DNA from: a virus
Lineage: Duplodnaviria > Caudoviricetes
Direction: 5' to 3' (one strand)
DNA length: 64,000 nucleotides
Virus record (IMG/VR): IMGVR_UViG_3300037067_003221
Span: 32,001 to 96,000 of that record
A program made the position numbers and the translations under genes. Within the stretch, counting starts at the first letter, position 1, and every line of letters starts with the position of its first letter. Shown piece by piece: positions 19,260 through 29,826 of this stretch. Below the pieces are notes generated by a model. That model did no database searches. It had not been told where the DNA came from and saw only the letters and a list, made by a program, of their open reading frames with translations.

Positions 19260-19892
19260 TTATTGCCGCTTATGCGCGGCCCTCCATTCGATACTGACAA
19301 ATTTGTAAATGTGGTCACATACGCCTGTATAGTATTTTTCGCACGATAGACACGGCCCGGCGTAAGAAGGGCAAACCAAATAAATGTCAGGGTCAATCCC
19401 GAAAAGCAATTTGTGAGCCTTCCGGTAAAGTGTCCTATCGCCCTCTCTTAACAGCGGCAGCAACAGTTGCTTTTCAGCAACGTAAACCTTACCAAAGTTC
19501 GGGTCATGCTCGACAATCGAGGGAACATTATCGAGTATGTCGGCCAGTTTGATTGTCTTGGCATCGGGGCAAGCCCGCGCCAAGTGATTTCGTTCTAGTT
19601 GCTTGCGAGTGTCCCGGTTGCCGTCGGCATGGGTGGTAACATTCGTAACCTCAGAAACCAATTTAGCGACACGACTGTTGAAAAGATCATCAATCTCACT
19701 AATCAGAACTTCGGTATCTTCGACAACATCGTGCAGCCATGCCGCAGCAATTACATTCGCATCATTCGATACGCTCGCTACGACCCCGGCAACAGCTTCG
19801 GGATGTACAATGTACGGTTCGTCGGTGTACTTTCGCATCTGACCGTCATGCACCATTTCGGCAAATTTAGCGGCCCGTTGAATTAGTGTCAT
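19260..19892 (-). CDS. HD-domain protein, (p)ppGpp hydrolase/Mesh1-like
   Basis: HDGQMRK..EPYIVHP, AAWLHDVVEDT, EVT and IKLAD motifs. Confidence 0.85.
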   Translation of the reverse strand: MTLIQRAAKFAEMVHDGQMRKYTDEPYIVHPEAVAGVVASVSNDANVIAAAWLHDVVEDTEVLISEIDDLFNSRVAKLVSEVTNVTTHADGNRDTRKQLERNHLARACPDAKTIKLADILDNVPSIVEHDPNFGKVYVAEKQLLLPLLREGDRTLYRKAHKLLFGIDPDIYLVCPSYAGPCLSCEKYYTGVCDHIYKFVSIEWRAAHKRQ

Positions 19893-20234
19893 TATTCGTC
19901 CCGTTGCACAAAGTAAATGGATACCCGTTTAGAGGGGTGATTAGCCGTATAAATAGGGTGTACTTGCAAGGGGTAAAAGCCCTTGGCATCCCACTCGATT
20001 AGGGTATCATACAGTTTGTCAATCTCGACAACCAGGAAAAAACAATCATGTTTAATCATTAGTGGTAGTTCCTAAAATGACAGGTATTCTCGAAAAACGC
20101 TAATTCCATTTCCCATTCATTGGGAAGCAGATCATTGGGAAATAGGTCCGGTTCGGTTTCATGGTGGGCTTTCCACCACGCCACAAACTTATTCAGCCTT
20201 GTAAGCCGGTCGAATATCCAAGCATCAATGTCCA

Positions 20235-20606
20235 TTAAAAATCCCCCAAAGCGAGTACAGCCGACATATCGCCCGCCCGCGCCTTACGCATGGTTTCGAT
20301 ATGCTCTTGACGCATATCGTTGTTGACCTTTTCAGCCGCTTCACAGAGCAAGGTAAACCGTCGAACGGCACCGGCCCGGCCCTTGAAAATCCAGCACTTG
20401 TCACGACCTTTGCCGACCACCCGCTTTGGGGTTAGAAGCACAAAGTCTCGCATTGCATCACGGCAACGCATTTCCGGCCCTACAATGTACTTGCCGGTTC
20501 GACTATGAAAGATAGCCGGGGCCATGCCCGTATTGCAGCACCCGTAAAACTCAGGCCCTTTGTAGCCTTTTCCTTTCGATAATCTTGGTACTTGTATTGT
20601 GTTCAT
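20235..20606 (-). CDS. Hypothetical protein, leaderless
   Basis: ATG 6 nt after TATAGT. Confidence 0.6.
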   Translation of the reverse strand: MNTIQVPRLSKGKGYKGPEFYGCCNTGMAPAIFHSRTGKYIVGPEMRCRDAMRDFVLLTPKRVVGKGRDKCWIFKGRAGAVRRFTLLCEAAEKVNNDMRQEHIETMRKARAGDMSAVLALGDF

Positions 20607-20628
20607 ACTACAACTATAACACAGATTT

Positions 20629-21570
20629 TCAGACTGTCAAGGCAACCGCCCGCTTAATCTTGGATTTTTTCGCAAAATACTGGAAAAGTTCCGGCCCCAC
20701 TATACGGCGGATATTGTGTTCCTTGTTCTCTCCGAACCAACTCTCCAAAGTGTTAAAGCCGGTACTTTCGACACCATCGACAAAACGTGCATGGGTCTTA
20801 ATCCAGTTGCAAATTTCCGGGGCGTGTAAACTTCCCTCATGCCCCCGCACTTCCACCGTGCCGTGATCGTTATAGGCCGACCAATTGATAAACTGGTAAC
20901 GGTCCTGATAGGTGGAAAATTCGCTAAAATCTGCGAATCGCAGGATTTCGCTGCGATCATAACGCATCCCACGGCTGTAAGAATTATTGTCGCGCGACGG
21001 GTGTACCAATTGCTGCCAGTAGGGGTAGGTCAAGTGGTAGGCATACGCCGTATTGCGGCATTGCTCGACTGATTTACCACGCATATCCAAATGGATATGC
21101 AAACCGCACTGCCTATCGACTTGAAACTTTCGCTTGTGGGCAAGTCGGCAGAATTTGCGGATTTCTTCAAGGCCCTTGTCGCCCTGCAAAATTGGGGAAA
21201 CAAATTCAAGGCCGTTAATGCTACCATGCTCATGCACCCCGAACGTGGTATGATTGCGTAGTGACGTATGGCCGGGACAGTTGGAGGTTTCAAGTTCCAC
21301 GCCAAATTTTCTCTGGCTACGGGTTTCGTCAAACGTATTTTCTCGAACATCCGGGGTTGACGTATCCCACAACCATTCATCTTGGCAATCGACGTAGCAA
21401 TTGTAGCATAATCGGCGGTTGCCGAAACGGTTCATATCGCTCTTATAGCCGACATAGCCGCAACCAGAGCAAGTAAAGAAACTTGCTTTGAAGCACTCTT
21501 GGCAGTAGTATCGGTGATAATGATGATACCGTGTCGTTCTGATCGTTTTGCCGCAATAATTGCAATTCAT
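20629..21570 (-). CDS. Putative amidoligase, paralog 2
   Basis: KFGVELET, GLEFVSPIL, CGLHIHLD, GTVEVR; N-terminal CxxC pairs. Confidence 0.85.
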   Translation of the reverse strand: MNCNYCGKTIRTTRYHHYHRYYCQECFKASFFTCSGCGYVGYKSDMNRFGNRRLCYNCYVDCQDEWLWDTSTPDVRENTFDETRSQRKFGVELETSNCPGHTSLRNHTTFGVHEHGSINGLEFVSPILQGDKGLEEIRKFCRLAHKRKFQVDRQCGLHIHLDMRGKSVEQCRNTAYAYHLTYPYWQQLVHPSRDNNSYSRGMRYDRSEILRFADFSEFSTYQDRYQFINWSAYNDHGTVEVRGHEGSLHAPEICNWIKTHARFVDGVESTGFNTLESWFGENKEHNIRRIVGPELFQYFAKKSKIKRAVALTV

Positions 21571-22620
21571 ATCAAGTTCCAGTGTGCAGGGTTAGTTAGT
21601 CACTACTACAACTATACACTATTTTCCAGGGTTGTCAAGTCATTTTCGGAGCAAAATAAACCAATGAGTAATGTTTTCCATCCCATACCCATACAGATTT
21701 ACCAGGGCTAATAACAGGTTTATTCGTAAATGGACCGCTAATAATCCCAGGGTGGTCGGGGTTTATGCCGATACCAATATAGTAGCTAGGGACTAATTCA
21801 CTTTTGGCCGTTGCTACTATATCTTCAATCGCCACTTGCAGGGCGGCATCCCGCTCACTTAGACTTGCTTGAATCAAGTCCCATAGGTTGCAATACTCGG
21901 CAGACCCTCCGAATGGCCCCATCGAATGCTGGTGTTTATACAGTAAGTGACGGGCGTATTCGAGCGTTAGTTTTGTTAAATCGTCCATTTACCCTCCAAT
22001 GTGGCAGTGACCGCACCAATACCAGAAATGTCCGTCACGACAGCTAAGAACCTTATAAATGGCACGGTCGCCACAATCGCCACACACCCGTTCAGGTGAG
22101 CAAGACGTTAGCACAACTGGCAGCCCTTCCATGTTCATTACGAATATCTCGGTAAAACCCGTTGCATTCATGCAATGGATTCTAACCTTTTCATCGGAGA
22201 AAGGCGGAAGCGTTACAATTAGGTCCATGATTATCTTGATAACCTCCGTAAGCAAATATACAGGTAGGCGGGGTCATACGGTTGCGGATTGCCTTCGATG
22301 TAAACCTGACCCCGGAATATGGTTCTGACCCGGCCAAACACGCCAGACCCTTTAACCAGCAAACCACTAATATCCTTACCCATCAGGATAACAGTTTTTA
22401 ACGATAGGCTACCCATATTGCCGTTCATACTCTTTGGTTTTCCAGCAAACTATCGTCACATATTGTGCCAATAGCCGACTATCATCAAGATTGTCTTTGC
22501 CGTGGAAGTGTTGAATATAGCAAGAGGCGGCATCGAATACTTCGGGAGTATCCGCGCACCACCACAAGCCATGAGCAATTTCGATTGCTTCTTTCAATAG
22601 TGCTTTATCGTATTTCATAG

Positions 22621-22763
22621 TGGACCTTGGAGGCTCGAACTCCCAACAGTCGGCAAAGGTCTGCTTAAAAGCTATTTTCTAGCTATCTCAGACAATCCCG
22701 GTCGATCATTCCGGTAGGCTCCGAGTGTCAGCTTTCATCACCGTCTTGCGACCATGCAGGCCC
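22621..22763 (-). ncRNA. tRNA-like RNA with Ala-type acceptor (G3-U70, A73) and an enlarged internal domain
   Basis: GGGCCT/AGGTCC-A acceptor and GGAG-TTCGAGC-CTCC T-arm enclosing about 110 nt with several hairpins. Confidence 0.55.
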
Positions 22764-22766
22764 AAG

Positions 22767-22838
22767 TACCCCGTGCGAGAATCGAACTCGCGCTATGAGA
22801 TTGAAGGTCTCATGTCCTAACCGTTAGACCAACGGGGC
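22767..22838 (-). tRNA. tRNA-Glu(TTC) with atypical C33
   Basis: Acceptor GCCCCGT/ACGGGGT; anticodon arm TGAGA-CCTTCAA-TCTCA. Confidence 0.85.
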
Positions 22839-22842
22839 GTAT

Positions 22843-22939
22843 GCAGCCGTATGGGGGGTGTCACCCCGCCACAACCCTGCTACGGGAGTCATAACCGCCG
22901 AGCAAAGACACAGTAAGCTATCAACCTACTGCCGACTAC
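22843..22939 (-). ncRNA. Putative structured ncRNA related to the 17556-17681 RNA
   Basis: Same promoter-proximal start AAAT|GTAGTCGGC, closing strand CGGCTGC, internal hairpins; promoter at 22946-22973. Confidence 0.55.
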
Positions 22940-22991
22940 ATTTCAACTATACCATAGTTTAGGCGATTGTCAAGCAGAAAATTCAAGAATC

Positions 22992-23082
22992 GATTGTAGT
23001 GGTCATCGGGGTCAAGTGGCGATCCAACCGCGAAGATCGCTGGACCCCGACAATCAGAATAACCGTGCAAAAGAAAACGGCC
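22992..23082. repeat. CGGGGTC/GACCCCG element
   Basis: GATTGTAGTGGTCATCGGGGTC...GACCCCGACAATC...GTGCAAAAGAAAA. Confidence 0.85.
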
Positions 23083-23084
23083 AG

Positions 23085-23369
23085 TTAAAAGCCGTCAATA
23101 TCGACCGCATGGCGAAGATTGCTACTAAACCTACAATCGACACAATGAGAAGATAGGTCGCAGGCACGACAACTGCTACAAGCATCACAATTTACACATA
23201 TATCGCAATCAATACAACCAATGCAATCGTTGCAGTTGCGACAATCAATACAACTATTACAACCATAGCACTCAGTACAGTTGTGACAACTATCGCAGTC
23301 AGTACAATCTCTGCAATTGTAGCAATTGAGGCATCGAGTACAATTGACATTCCCGTGTTCGTCAGGCAT
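23085..23369 (-). CDS. Cys-repeat protein, DxxGNxNC family (copy 3)
   Basis: MPDEHGNVNC; GGAGG RBS. Confidence 0.75.
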   Translation of the reverse strand: MPDEHGNVNCTRCLNCYNCRDCTDCDSCHNCTECYGCNSCIDCRNCNDCIGCIDCDICVNCDACSSCRACDLSSHCVDCRFSSNLRHAVDIDGF

Positions 23370-23670
23370 GTTTCATCCTCCACGCACAACCGTTGCAATA
23401 CTCGCAATAGTCGCTGCCCTGCAAATCGCACGTACTGGTAATATCGCGGCAAACGTGCGAATGCACACAATCGTCAAGGTTGTAGGCCCAGGTGCAATCA
23501 ATGCAATTGTTCGACGTATCAAGGCGGTAACAGTCTTTGCAGCCGTGGCAATTGACGCAAGAAACACAGTGATTGCAGTCCGTGCAATTATGGCAACCTA
23601 CGCAACTCTCGCAGTCAGTACAGTTGCGACAATCGATACACCCGTGGCAATTTATATTTCCGTTTTCATC
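23362..23670 (-). CDS. Cys-repeat protein, DxxGNxNC family (copy 4)
   Basis: MDENGNINC; start position approximate (ORF track gives 23673). Confidence 0.7.
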   Translation of the reverse strand, partial: DENGNINCHGCIDCRNCTDCESCVGCHNCTDCNHCVSCVNCHGCKDCYRLDTSNNCIDCTWAYNLDDCVHSHVCRDITSTCDLQGSDYCEYCNGCAWRMKHA

Positions 23671-23673
23671 CAT

Positions 23674-23907
23674 TTAATTGTTTCGCAGGAAAGAAAAGGC
23701 TCTTGTAATTCGGAGGCAACGGACACAGGATGAACAACTAATACACTCAATACAGAAGTGACAATCTTCGCATCCGACACAACCCCGACACTGGTTACAG
23801 TCCGTGCAATGATCGCATCCGATGCAATTCGTGCAGTCGGTGCAATTAAAGCAATCACGGCAATTCACACAATTGACATTGCCATTTTCATCGGGTTGTC
23901 GGCTCAT
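23674..23907 (-). CDS. Cys-repeat protein, DxxGNxNC family (copy 5)
   Basis: MSRQPDENGNVNC. Confidence 0.7.
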   Translation of the reverse strand: MSRQPDENGNVNCVNCRDCFNCTDCTNCIGCDHCTDCNQCRGCVGCEDCHFCIECISCSSCVRCLRITRAFSFLRNN

Positions 23908-24163
23908 TGCGAGTACAATCAAACTTCTCTAGGAGTCTCAGGCATTTTTTACAGTAGTTGCATAGGCGGCATTGTATCGAGAATGAACAAAACCAGCAAT
24001 CGACACACCCGCGACAGTCTCGACAATCATCGCACCTAACGCACCCGATACAGCCCCAGCAACTATTGCAGCCAACGCAGTTTTCACAGTTGACACAATT
24101 CGTGCAGCCGGGGCAGTTGATACAGCCGATGTTTCCGTTTTCGTCTTTCACCCGGCCCGGCAT
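23888..24163 (-). CDS. Cys-repeat protein, DxxGNxNC family (copy 6)
   Basis: MPGRVKDENGNIGC. Confidence 0.7.
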   Translation of the reverse strand: MPGRVKDENGNIGCINCPGCTNCVNCENCVGCNSCWGCIGCVRCDDCRDCRGCVDCWFCSFSIQCRLCNYCKKCLRLLEKFDCTRNEPTTR

Positions 24164-25792
24164 ATCACAATCCCATGCTGATCGGTCAAAATGATATTCT
24201 CATTCGCCAAATTCAGGAATAGGTTGTAATAGAACCTAATCGCATCGGAGGGCAAATCGAACTCAATTTTGTGCCGGTTCCCGGCGTAAGTGTATGATAG
24301 TTTGAACATATCTCAATTATACCTTAGTATGCTGAGAAGTCAAGAATTTCTGTGCCTCATTCCACCATGCCCGGAACATTTCCAGAGCATAGACCCCGGC
24401 ATCCTGCTTAATCAGCGAAAGCGGCGTATCTTCCGGGTAGGAATTGCCGGTAAATACATCGTCACCATTCAGATACATATCTAAGTGAATGAGTCCAGTT
24501 ATCAACTGTTCGACTTGGCAACGGAATGGTCCGATTTCAAACGAGTCGATTATTTCCGAACCATCCCACATTCCAGCTTTCATGGCGTGTACTCCAAAAC
24601 GGCTTCAAGTTCGTTCTCCATGATACATTGCTGCATCAAGTGGGACATTTCGCGGGGGCTAAACCCCTGCAATACCCACCGTTGAAACAGCGGTAGCACC
24701 ACGGCGTTAAGTTCGTTATACAGTTTCGCCCCGTCGTTAGTGAAGCGAAGATCGGTAGGTGAAAATAGCGGTTTCATTAAATCCCCTCACAATGGTCGTT
24801 GTGAAATTCCTCAAGACCCCGAACCACGGCACTGTTCAACTTACGCAACTCTTCGACATAATCGTTAATCATGCCGCCGTCGCGGGCAACAGCCCCGGCC
24901 ATATCGCATACGTGAATCTGCCGCATCAGCAGCCTACGCACTTTCGGCATTTCCCGCATCGTGGGAATAATCAAAGAGGCTTGCGCCTTGCGGGCAACCG
25001 CTTCAAGTTGTTCAACGTGAGTCATCGGGTTAATCTCTTTATGTGAATGTCGATAGCGTCGCGCAACTCATACAGCGTAGCCGCGCGTGTTTCTTCGCTT
25101 ACTTTACGGTCAAACGAAAATCGTTCTACCGCGAGAAATACGTCAGACATTTTTTCGGCAAGTTCAACAATCTCTTCAACCATGATTCATCGTAAATGAT
25201 TTCGAGTTTTCGGACAGTAACATGGACAGGAAAATCGGGGCAAAATAGCGGGGTGCCGTATCGAGTCGGCTCAATCGCTTGTTGCTTGGCTTTGGGGATT
25301 CGCTTTTCAGCGTCCCGTTCGCTAGTAAAAACGGTTGACGTTCGGAGCGACTTGTGACCGTCGCCCACTAGGCCGTCGGTCCCCTCGATTTCAAGTTGAT
25401 AAACATATTTCATGGCAGCACCACGTTTGCTACATCCCTAGTGGAGAGTATCGCACCCTCAGAATCGGCTGTTAAAATTCGCATCAAATCATTGTAGGTA
25501 GTAAATGAATGCTCACGGGTAGCACGGTAAAAGCGGCGGGATGTAGCAATCATAAATGGTGAAGTATGATTTTCTACCCAAAAACGATATACCTCTTCGC
25601 TAATATACCCGCCGTTGAAAAACCCCGTCAGATATAATTTTCCATTTTCTCGTAACTCGAATGCCCAACAATGCGGGCTTTCCGACTCACACAAATCAAC
25701 TTGTACGCCGTGAAACTTGGCAATCAGAATGTTTTCTACATCCTCTAACCACTTTGCCGGGCGCAACGGAATACGGAATTGGTCGGCTATAC

Positions 25793-26206
25793 TCATTTCG
25801 GGGTTCCCATAACGCCACCTTTATAGAGGCGTACTTTCGTGAAATTGAACGGGTCCGAAAACCGCTTCATATTGAACAACTGGCATAACCGGCTACGGAT
25901 AACCTCGACGGAATCATCGGCCCGGTTAATCGTTCGCATCCAACCATCCATATCGGAAGTCAGATAGAAGATTTCCCCTTCCCCGGCGATATACTCCGCA
26001 CAGATGCCGATGATTTCCTTATGGCCGTCGCCGTCAATAACGCCGATTGCCACCTTAAAATCCTTGTCATCGTCCAACGCCGACCAAATAAGGGCGGCGG
26101 GATGCTGCGAAGAATCAACCGGCTCATTGTCCTGTACCAGCACAAAGTAGGGTTCGGATACCATAAGTTCACCCGGAACGTCACAGTCTTGTAAGTGAGT
26201 AATCAT
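25793..26206 (-). CDS. Hypothetical protein, leaderless (first of a run of small genes spanning 24317-26206)
   Basis: ATG 5 nt after TATAAT; downstream ORFs overlap by ATGA. Confidence 0.6.
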   Translation of the reverse strand: MITHLQDCDVPGELMVSEPYFVLVQDNEPVDSSQHPAALIWSALDDDKDFKVAIGVIDGDGHKEIIGICAEYIAGEGEIFYLTSDMDGWMRTINRADDSVEVIRSRLCQLFNMKRFSDPFNFTKVRLYKGGVMGTPK

Positions 26207-27122
26207 ATTCAATTATACACCACGCCGGGCGAAAGTCAAATTATTTTCTGGCAAATTTGTTGAAGAACCCTGAATCGGGGCCATACACAAACCCATCGTG
26301 AGTATCTTTACCCCAAGTGGGTTCCATTTCGATAGCCGTCGGCGGGAGAATAAAGTCATCCCGATTCAATGTCAATGTCAACGCCGTACTCAATGCCTTT
26401 GCTTCATACCGGGCGGGGCCAATCTGCTTAGTGATTGTTACCGGCCCGCGAATCAGGATTGCGGCAAGGCCCGGCCCAAAGCGGTAAACGCTGCATTTCA
26501 GGTACACTTGCCGACCGACAAGCGAAAAGTTTTGAGTGATTACGAATGACATAGTTCAAACCTCGATCTTGGAACGACTCCCACCCACATAGGGAAGGCG
26601 ATAGCAAACCAACCGGGGAAAGGTTCCCCGATGATACGACCCCGATAGAACTCACCATCGAAAGGTTCGATAAAAATCACAGTTTCGCCTAGCATGGCAC
26701 AACCCTCAAGCCGATCAAATCATTATCGGGCAACGCCCCGCGAGCGAAGAAACATTGGAGGATTGTCTTGACGGAGGCAACAACACTTTCGGCACCCTCG
26801 ACATAATGAAAACATTCCGGGCAGTTAGGATTAGCGCCATATACGCGATAACCCCGCTTACCCCATTGGCTTGGCTTATTGCCAAGATCAATAACGGCCA
26901 CATCTTCTCGGCAACCGTCAATGTCGGCCTGAACCAACCACATTTGCAAATCCCACCGATGAAACCCCTCCAATAACATTTCGGGAGTGTCGGCTATGGC
27001 AAGCAACGTATCCTCTTTATTCGCTATTTCACGCAAGAAGAATCTAATCATTGTTTCCCTTAATATCGGAGGTAAAGAAAAATGCCTCACCATCGGATAA
27101 CGGCGGCAGTGGTTTTCGGCCC

Positions 27123-27602
27123 TTATCGACAATCTTGATAAATTGGACCAGCCACATAACGCATAGTGCGACTATAAGCACTTGCAGGATCGTAAGAAAC
27201 ATTATGAATACTCCTATGACATTCCGGCCCAAAGCCGTCGATATGCTCGGTAACTTTACGCCCGCACTTTCCGCACCGGCCTGCCCATTCGATAGCATAA
27301 CCAGCGGGCAACTTATCAACCCAAATACATTTCAACGCCCACGCCACGATATTGTACATCAATTCGCCGTGTCGAAAGCGGCTTGTTCGGGTAGTAGCAA
27401 TACGCCCGTTGTCAAGCATCATGCCCACATACTGGTACTCTTTCAGCGGGGCATCGTGATCGCTTACCGTAATCCAGTAAGGTTTCGGCATACCCGCGCG
27501 AGGCCGTCCCAATTGCACCCTTACATAAAAGGTTGTGCCGTTAGGATTGCTCACCGTAAAGACGGCGTTACCAGCGTGTAGATATTCAGGTGTTATTTTC
27601 AT
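27123..27602 (-). CDS. Zinc-finger protein (DUF6011-like)
   Basis: RCGKCGRKVT...GFGPEC. Confidence 0.6.
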   Translation of the reverse strand: MKITPEYLHAGNAVFTVSNPNGTTFYVRVQLGRPRAGMPKPYWITVSDHDAPLKEYQYVGMMLDNGRIATTRTSRFRHGELMYNIVAWALKCIWVDKLPAGYAIEWAGRCGKCGRKVTEHIDGFGPECHRSIHNVSYDPASAYSRTMRYVAGPIYQDCR

Positions 27603-27698
27603 GGTCTATACTCAATTATACACTATGTTTCACTGGTTGTCAAGTCAATCTTGTTGCCAATAAAAATGCCCCCTTGCGGGGGCTACTCTTGCGAAGCA

Positions 27699-27875
27699 TT
27701 AGCGGCACGAATCCACTTCGTCACATTCGTCACAATCTTCGTTTTCGTCATCCTGCATTTCACGGCGGGGGCGGGCAAGTCGGCTTGTGGAGTCATTGCC
27801 ACGCCGACGCTTGCTAATCCAGTACCTCACAAGGGGGAAGTCGCCAAGAAGCAATTTCAGCCCCTCCCACTTCAT
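27699..27875 (-). CDS. Detached C-terminal tail of amidoligase paralog 3 (58 aa)
   Basis: MKWEGLKLLLGDFPLVRYW aligns with QKWEFLCKLWED..LVDYY of paralog 1; ATGA overlap with the upstream ORF. Confidence 0.55.
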   Translation of the reverse strand: MKWEGLKLLLGDFPLVRYWISKRRRGNDSTSRLARPRREMQDDENEDCDECDEVDSCR

Positions 27876-28798
27876 GTTATTGCTCCCTCGAAATAGGCAT
27901 CAAGTTCGTCAAGGGTTTTGGTTGCGGCCCAGTCACAAAACCGGGTATGGATTTTAATCCAGTTGCAAATTTCCGCCTTGTCAATGCTCCCCTGATAGAG
28001 GCGGATTTCATACGTGCCGTGCCGGTTGTAGGCAGTCAGGTTGCACAACTCGTAACGATTTTGACTGTCGCAGTAGTCGCGCCAATCATGCGCCCGCTCG
28101 ACATTACCACGGGTCCGGGTTGACGGGCGGCAATAGGTGCAATTGTCGGCCCGAAACGGGTCAGCCAGCTTACGCCAAGCCTTATCCGTAAGCAGATAGG
28201 CATAGGCAATTGACTTCAAGGAATCGGCATTTTCGTCCCGCATATCCAAGTGGATATGCAAGCCGCAATCGCTATCAACCGACCAACCTTGTTCGCGGGC
28301 ATTGTCACAAAAACGCTCAATCTCGGCAAGCCCTTCATCCCCGTACAAAATGGGGGAGATAAATTCCATGCCACTAATGGAGCAATCATATTTCGCCCCA
28401 AACAGGGTGTTGTTTCGGAGGGTGCGATAACCGGCACAAGTGGCGGTTTCGATTTCCACGCCAAACTTTCGTTTGCTTCCGATAACCCCGTAGTTGGCAA
28501 TGGCAACATCCATCGGGGTGGGATTCCAAACATTCAGCCGGTCACGGCAGTTTCGGCAGATACGAACGACTTCGCCCGTGTCATGCTCAAAATTGTAACC
28601 GTCGAAATTTTCATTCAACGTGCCACATTCAGCACAGAGGAAATGCCGCTCTGCATAGCATCGCGGGCACCACCAATTTCTGTAGGAATCGGCAACGCAA
28701 TCGTTGAAAGACCCGCCGCAACAACGGCATCGTTGCGTTTCGGTTGTACGCCGGAGAGTTGGGCGTTCAAGTACCGGGGCATTGGTTAAAGCTGGCAT
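27872..28798 (-). CDS. Putative amidoligase, paralog 3
   Basis: KFGVEIET, DCSISGMEFISPIL, CGLHIHLD, GTYEIRLYQG. Confidence 0.85.
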   Translation of the reverse strand: MPALTNAPVLERPTLRRTTETQRCRCCGGSFNDCVADSYRNWWCPRCYAERHFLCAECGTLNENFDGYNFEHDTGEVVRICRNCRDRLNVWNPTPMDVAIANYGVIGSKRKFGVEIETATCAGYRTLRNNTLFGAKYDCSISGMEFISPILYGDEGLAEIERFCDNAREQGWSVDSDCGLHIHLDMRDENADSLKSIAYAYLLTDKAWRKLADPFRADNCTYCRPSTRTRGNVERAHDWRDYCDSQNRYELCNLTAYNRHGTYEIRLYQGSIDKAEICNWIKIHTRFCDWAATKTLDELDAYFEGAIT

Positions 28799-28920
28799 TA
28801 CGTTCTCCGCAAGAGGAATGTTTTAGTATATTAAAAGTATAGCACAGATTTTGTGATTGTCAAATTAAAATTTAGTCAGAGGGGGCGGCACGATTGCCGC
28901 CCCCTCAATCGACCTGACAA

Positions 28921-29826
28921 TTATTCGATCTTGGAATGTTCGCTTTCGCAAGCGTAGCTATCCCACGCATCCCGCCATTCGCCGTCGTAGTCACGCGCGG
29001 CCTCTTCCGATTTATCCTTCTTACTGGAATCCTTCTTGCTATCGTAATAGTACGTACTACCCGTAGCATCGTAATCGTCATGTTCGTAAGTGGTATAGCC
29101 CTTACGCTTCCAGTTATTCGTATTGGAACAACCGTACTTGCGGGTCCAATAATCCGGGGCAGCCGAGGTAAAGCCTGCCACCTTTTCCATTTCCACAACA
29201 CCCTCTTTGAGGGAGAACTTCATCGTTTCCCCTTCCGCGAGAGTCACAAAATTTTCGGTATGACCGACCACGCTTTCCAGGTGGGACCACGCCGAAGAAT
29301 AGTAATAAGTACCATTCTCGTCACAAGCGATAGACAGATCGCCATTGTGAACTTGCAGATAAAAGGATTCGCCGTCAAACCAGCTAACACCCCAATATCC
29401 GGTAATTTCGCCCCACGCCGTTTGATAATCGCCTTTCGCTTTGTTCAGCGTGTCGAATAACATTTGCGAATCGACCACATAGCCGGTCGGGGCGTCGATC
29501 ATACCGTTATGCGCCCCGATGATATTGCCGTATCGAAACGGGTGGCTGTTTTGACGGTTGACTTTGCCACGGGTGGCATAGCGAGTATGACCCGCGATAA
29601 ACCACGCCTTTTCGCGCTTTTCGTTGCCGTTCAAAGAGTCTCGCAACCAATTGGTCACGTTTTCCTTGCGTAACGCTTCCGATGGGTCGGCGGCAGTCTT
29701 AATCATCTTGCCGGTCGAATCGAAGAACCCGATGCTATCGGTTCCACGCTCACGATTCGCCCACGCCAACGCCTTGACGTTGCCAAGGTTCCAATTAGTT
29801 CCAATCGCTCCGAAAATTCCACACAT
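28921..29826 (-). CDS. Class II (Ntn) glutamine amidotransferase
   Basis: N-terminal MCGIFG, RGTDS, GHTRYAT, HPF, HNG and VDS motifs. Confidence 0.9.
   Translation of the reverse strand: MCGIFGAIGTNWNLGNVKALAWANRERGTDSIGFFDSTGKMIKTAADPSEALRKENVTNWLRDSLNGNEKREKAWFIAGHTRYATRGKVNRQNSHPFRYGNIIGAHNGMIDAPTGYVVDSQMLFDTLNKAKGDYQTAWGEITGYWGVSWFDGESFYLQVHNGDLSIACDENGTYYYSSAWSHLESVVGHTENFVTLAEGETMKFSLKEGVVEMEKVAGFTSAAPDYWTRKYGCSNTNNWKRKGYTTYEHDDYDATGSTYYYDSKKDSSKKDKSEEAARDYDGEWRDAWDSYACESEHSKIE

Noticed and set aside
22767-22838. Reading the loop CCTTCAA as a TCA (opal/Sec) anticodon
   Set aside because: The 5-bp stem and 7-nt loop put TTC at positions 34-36, the body is Glu-like, and it lacks the long arms of tRNA-Sec
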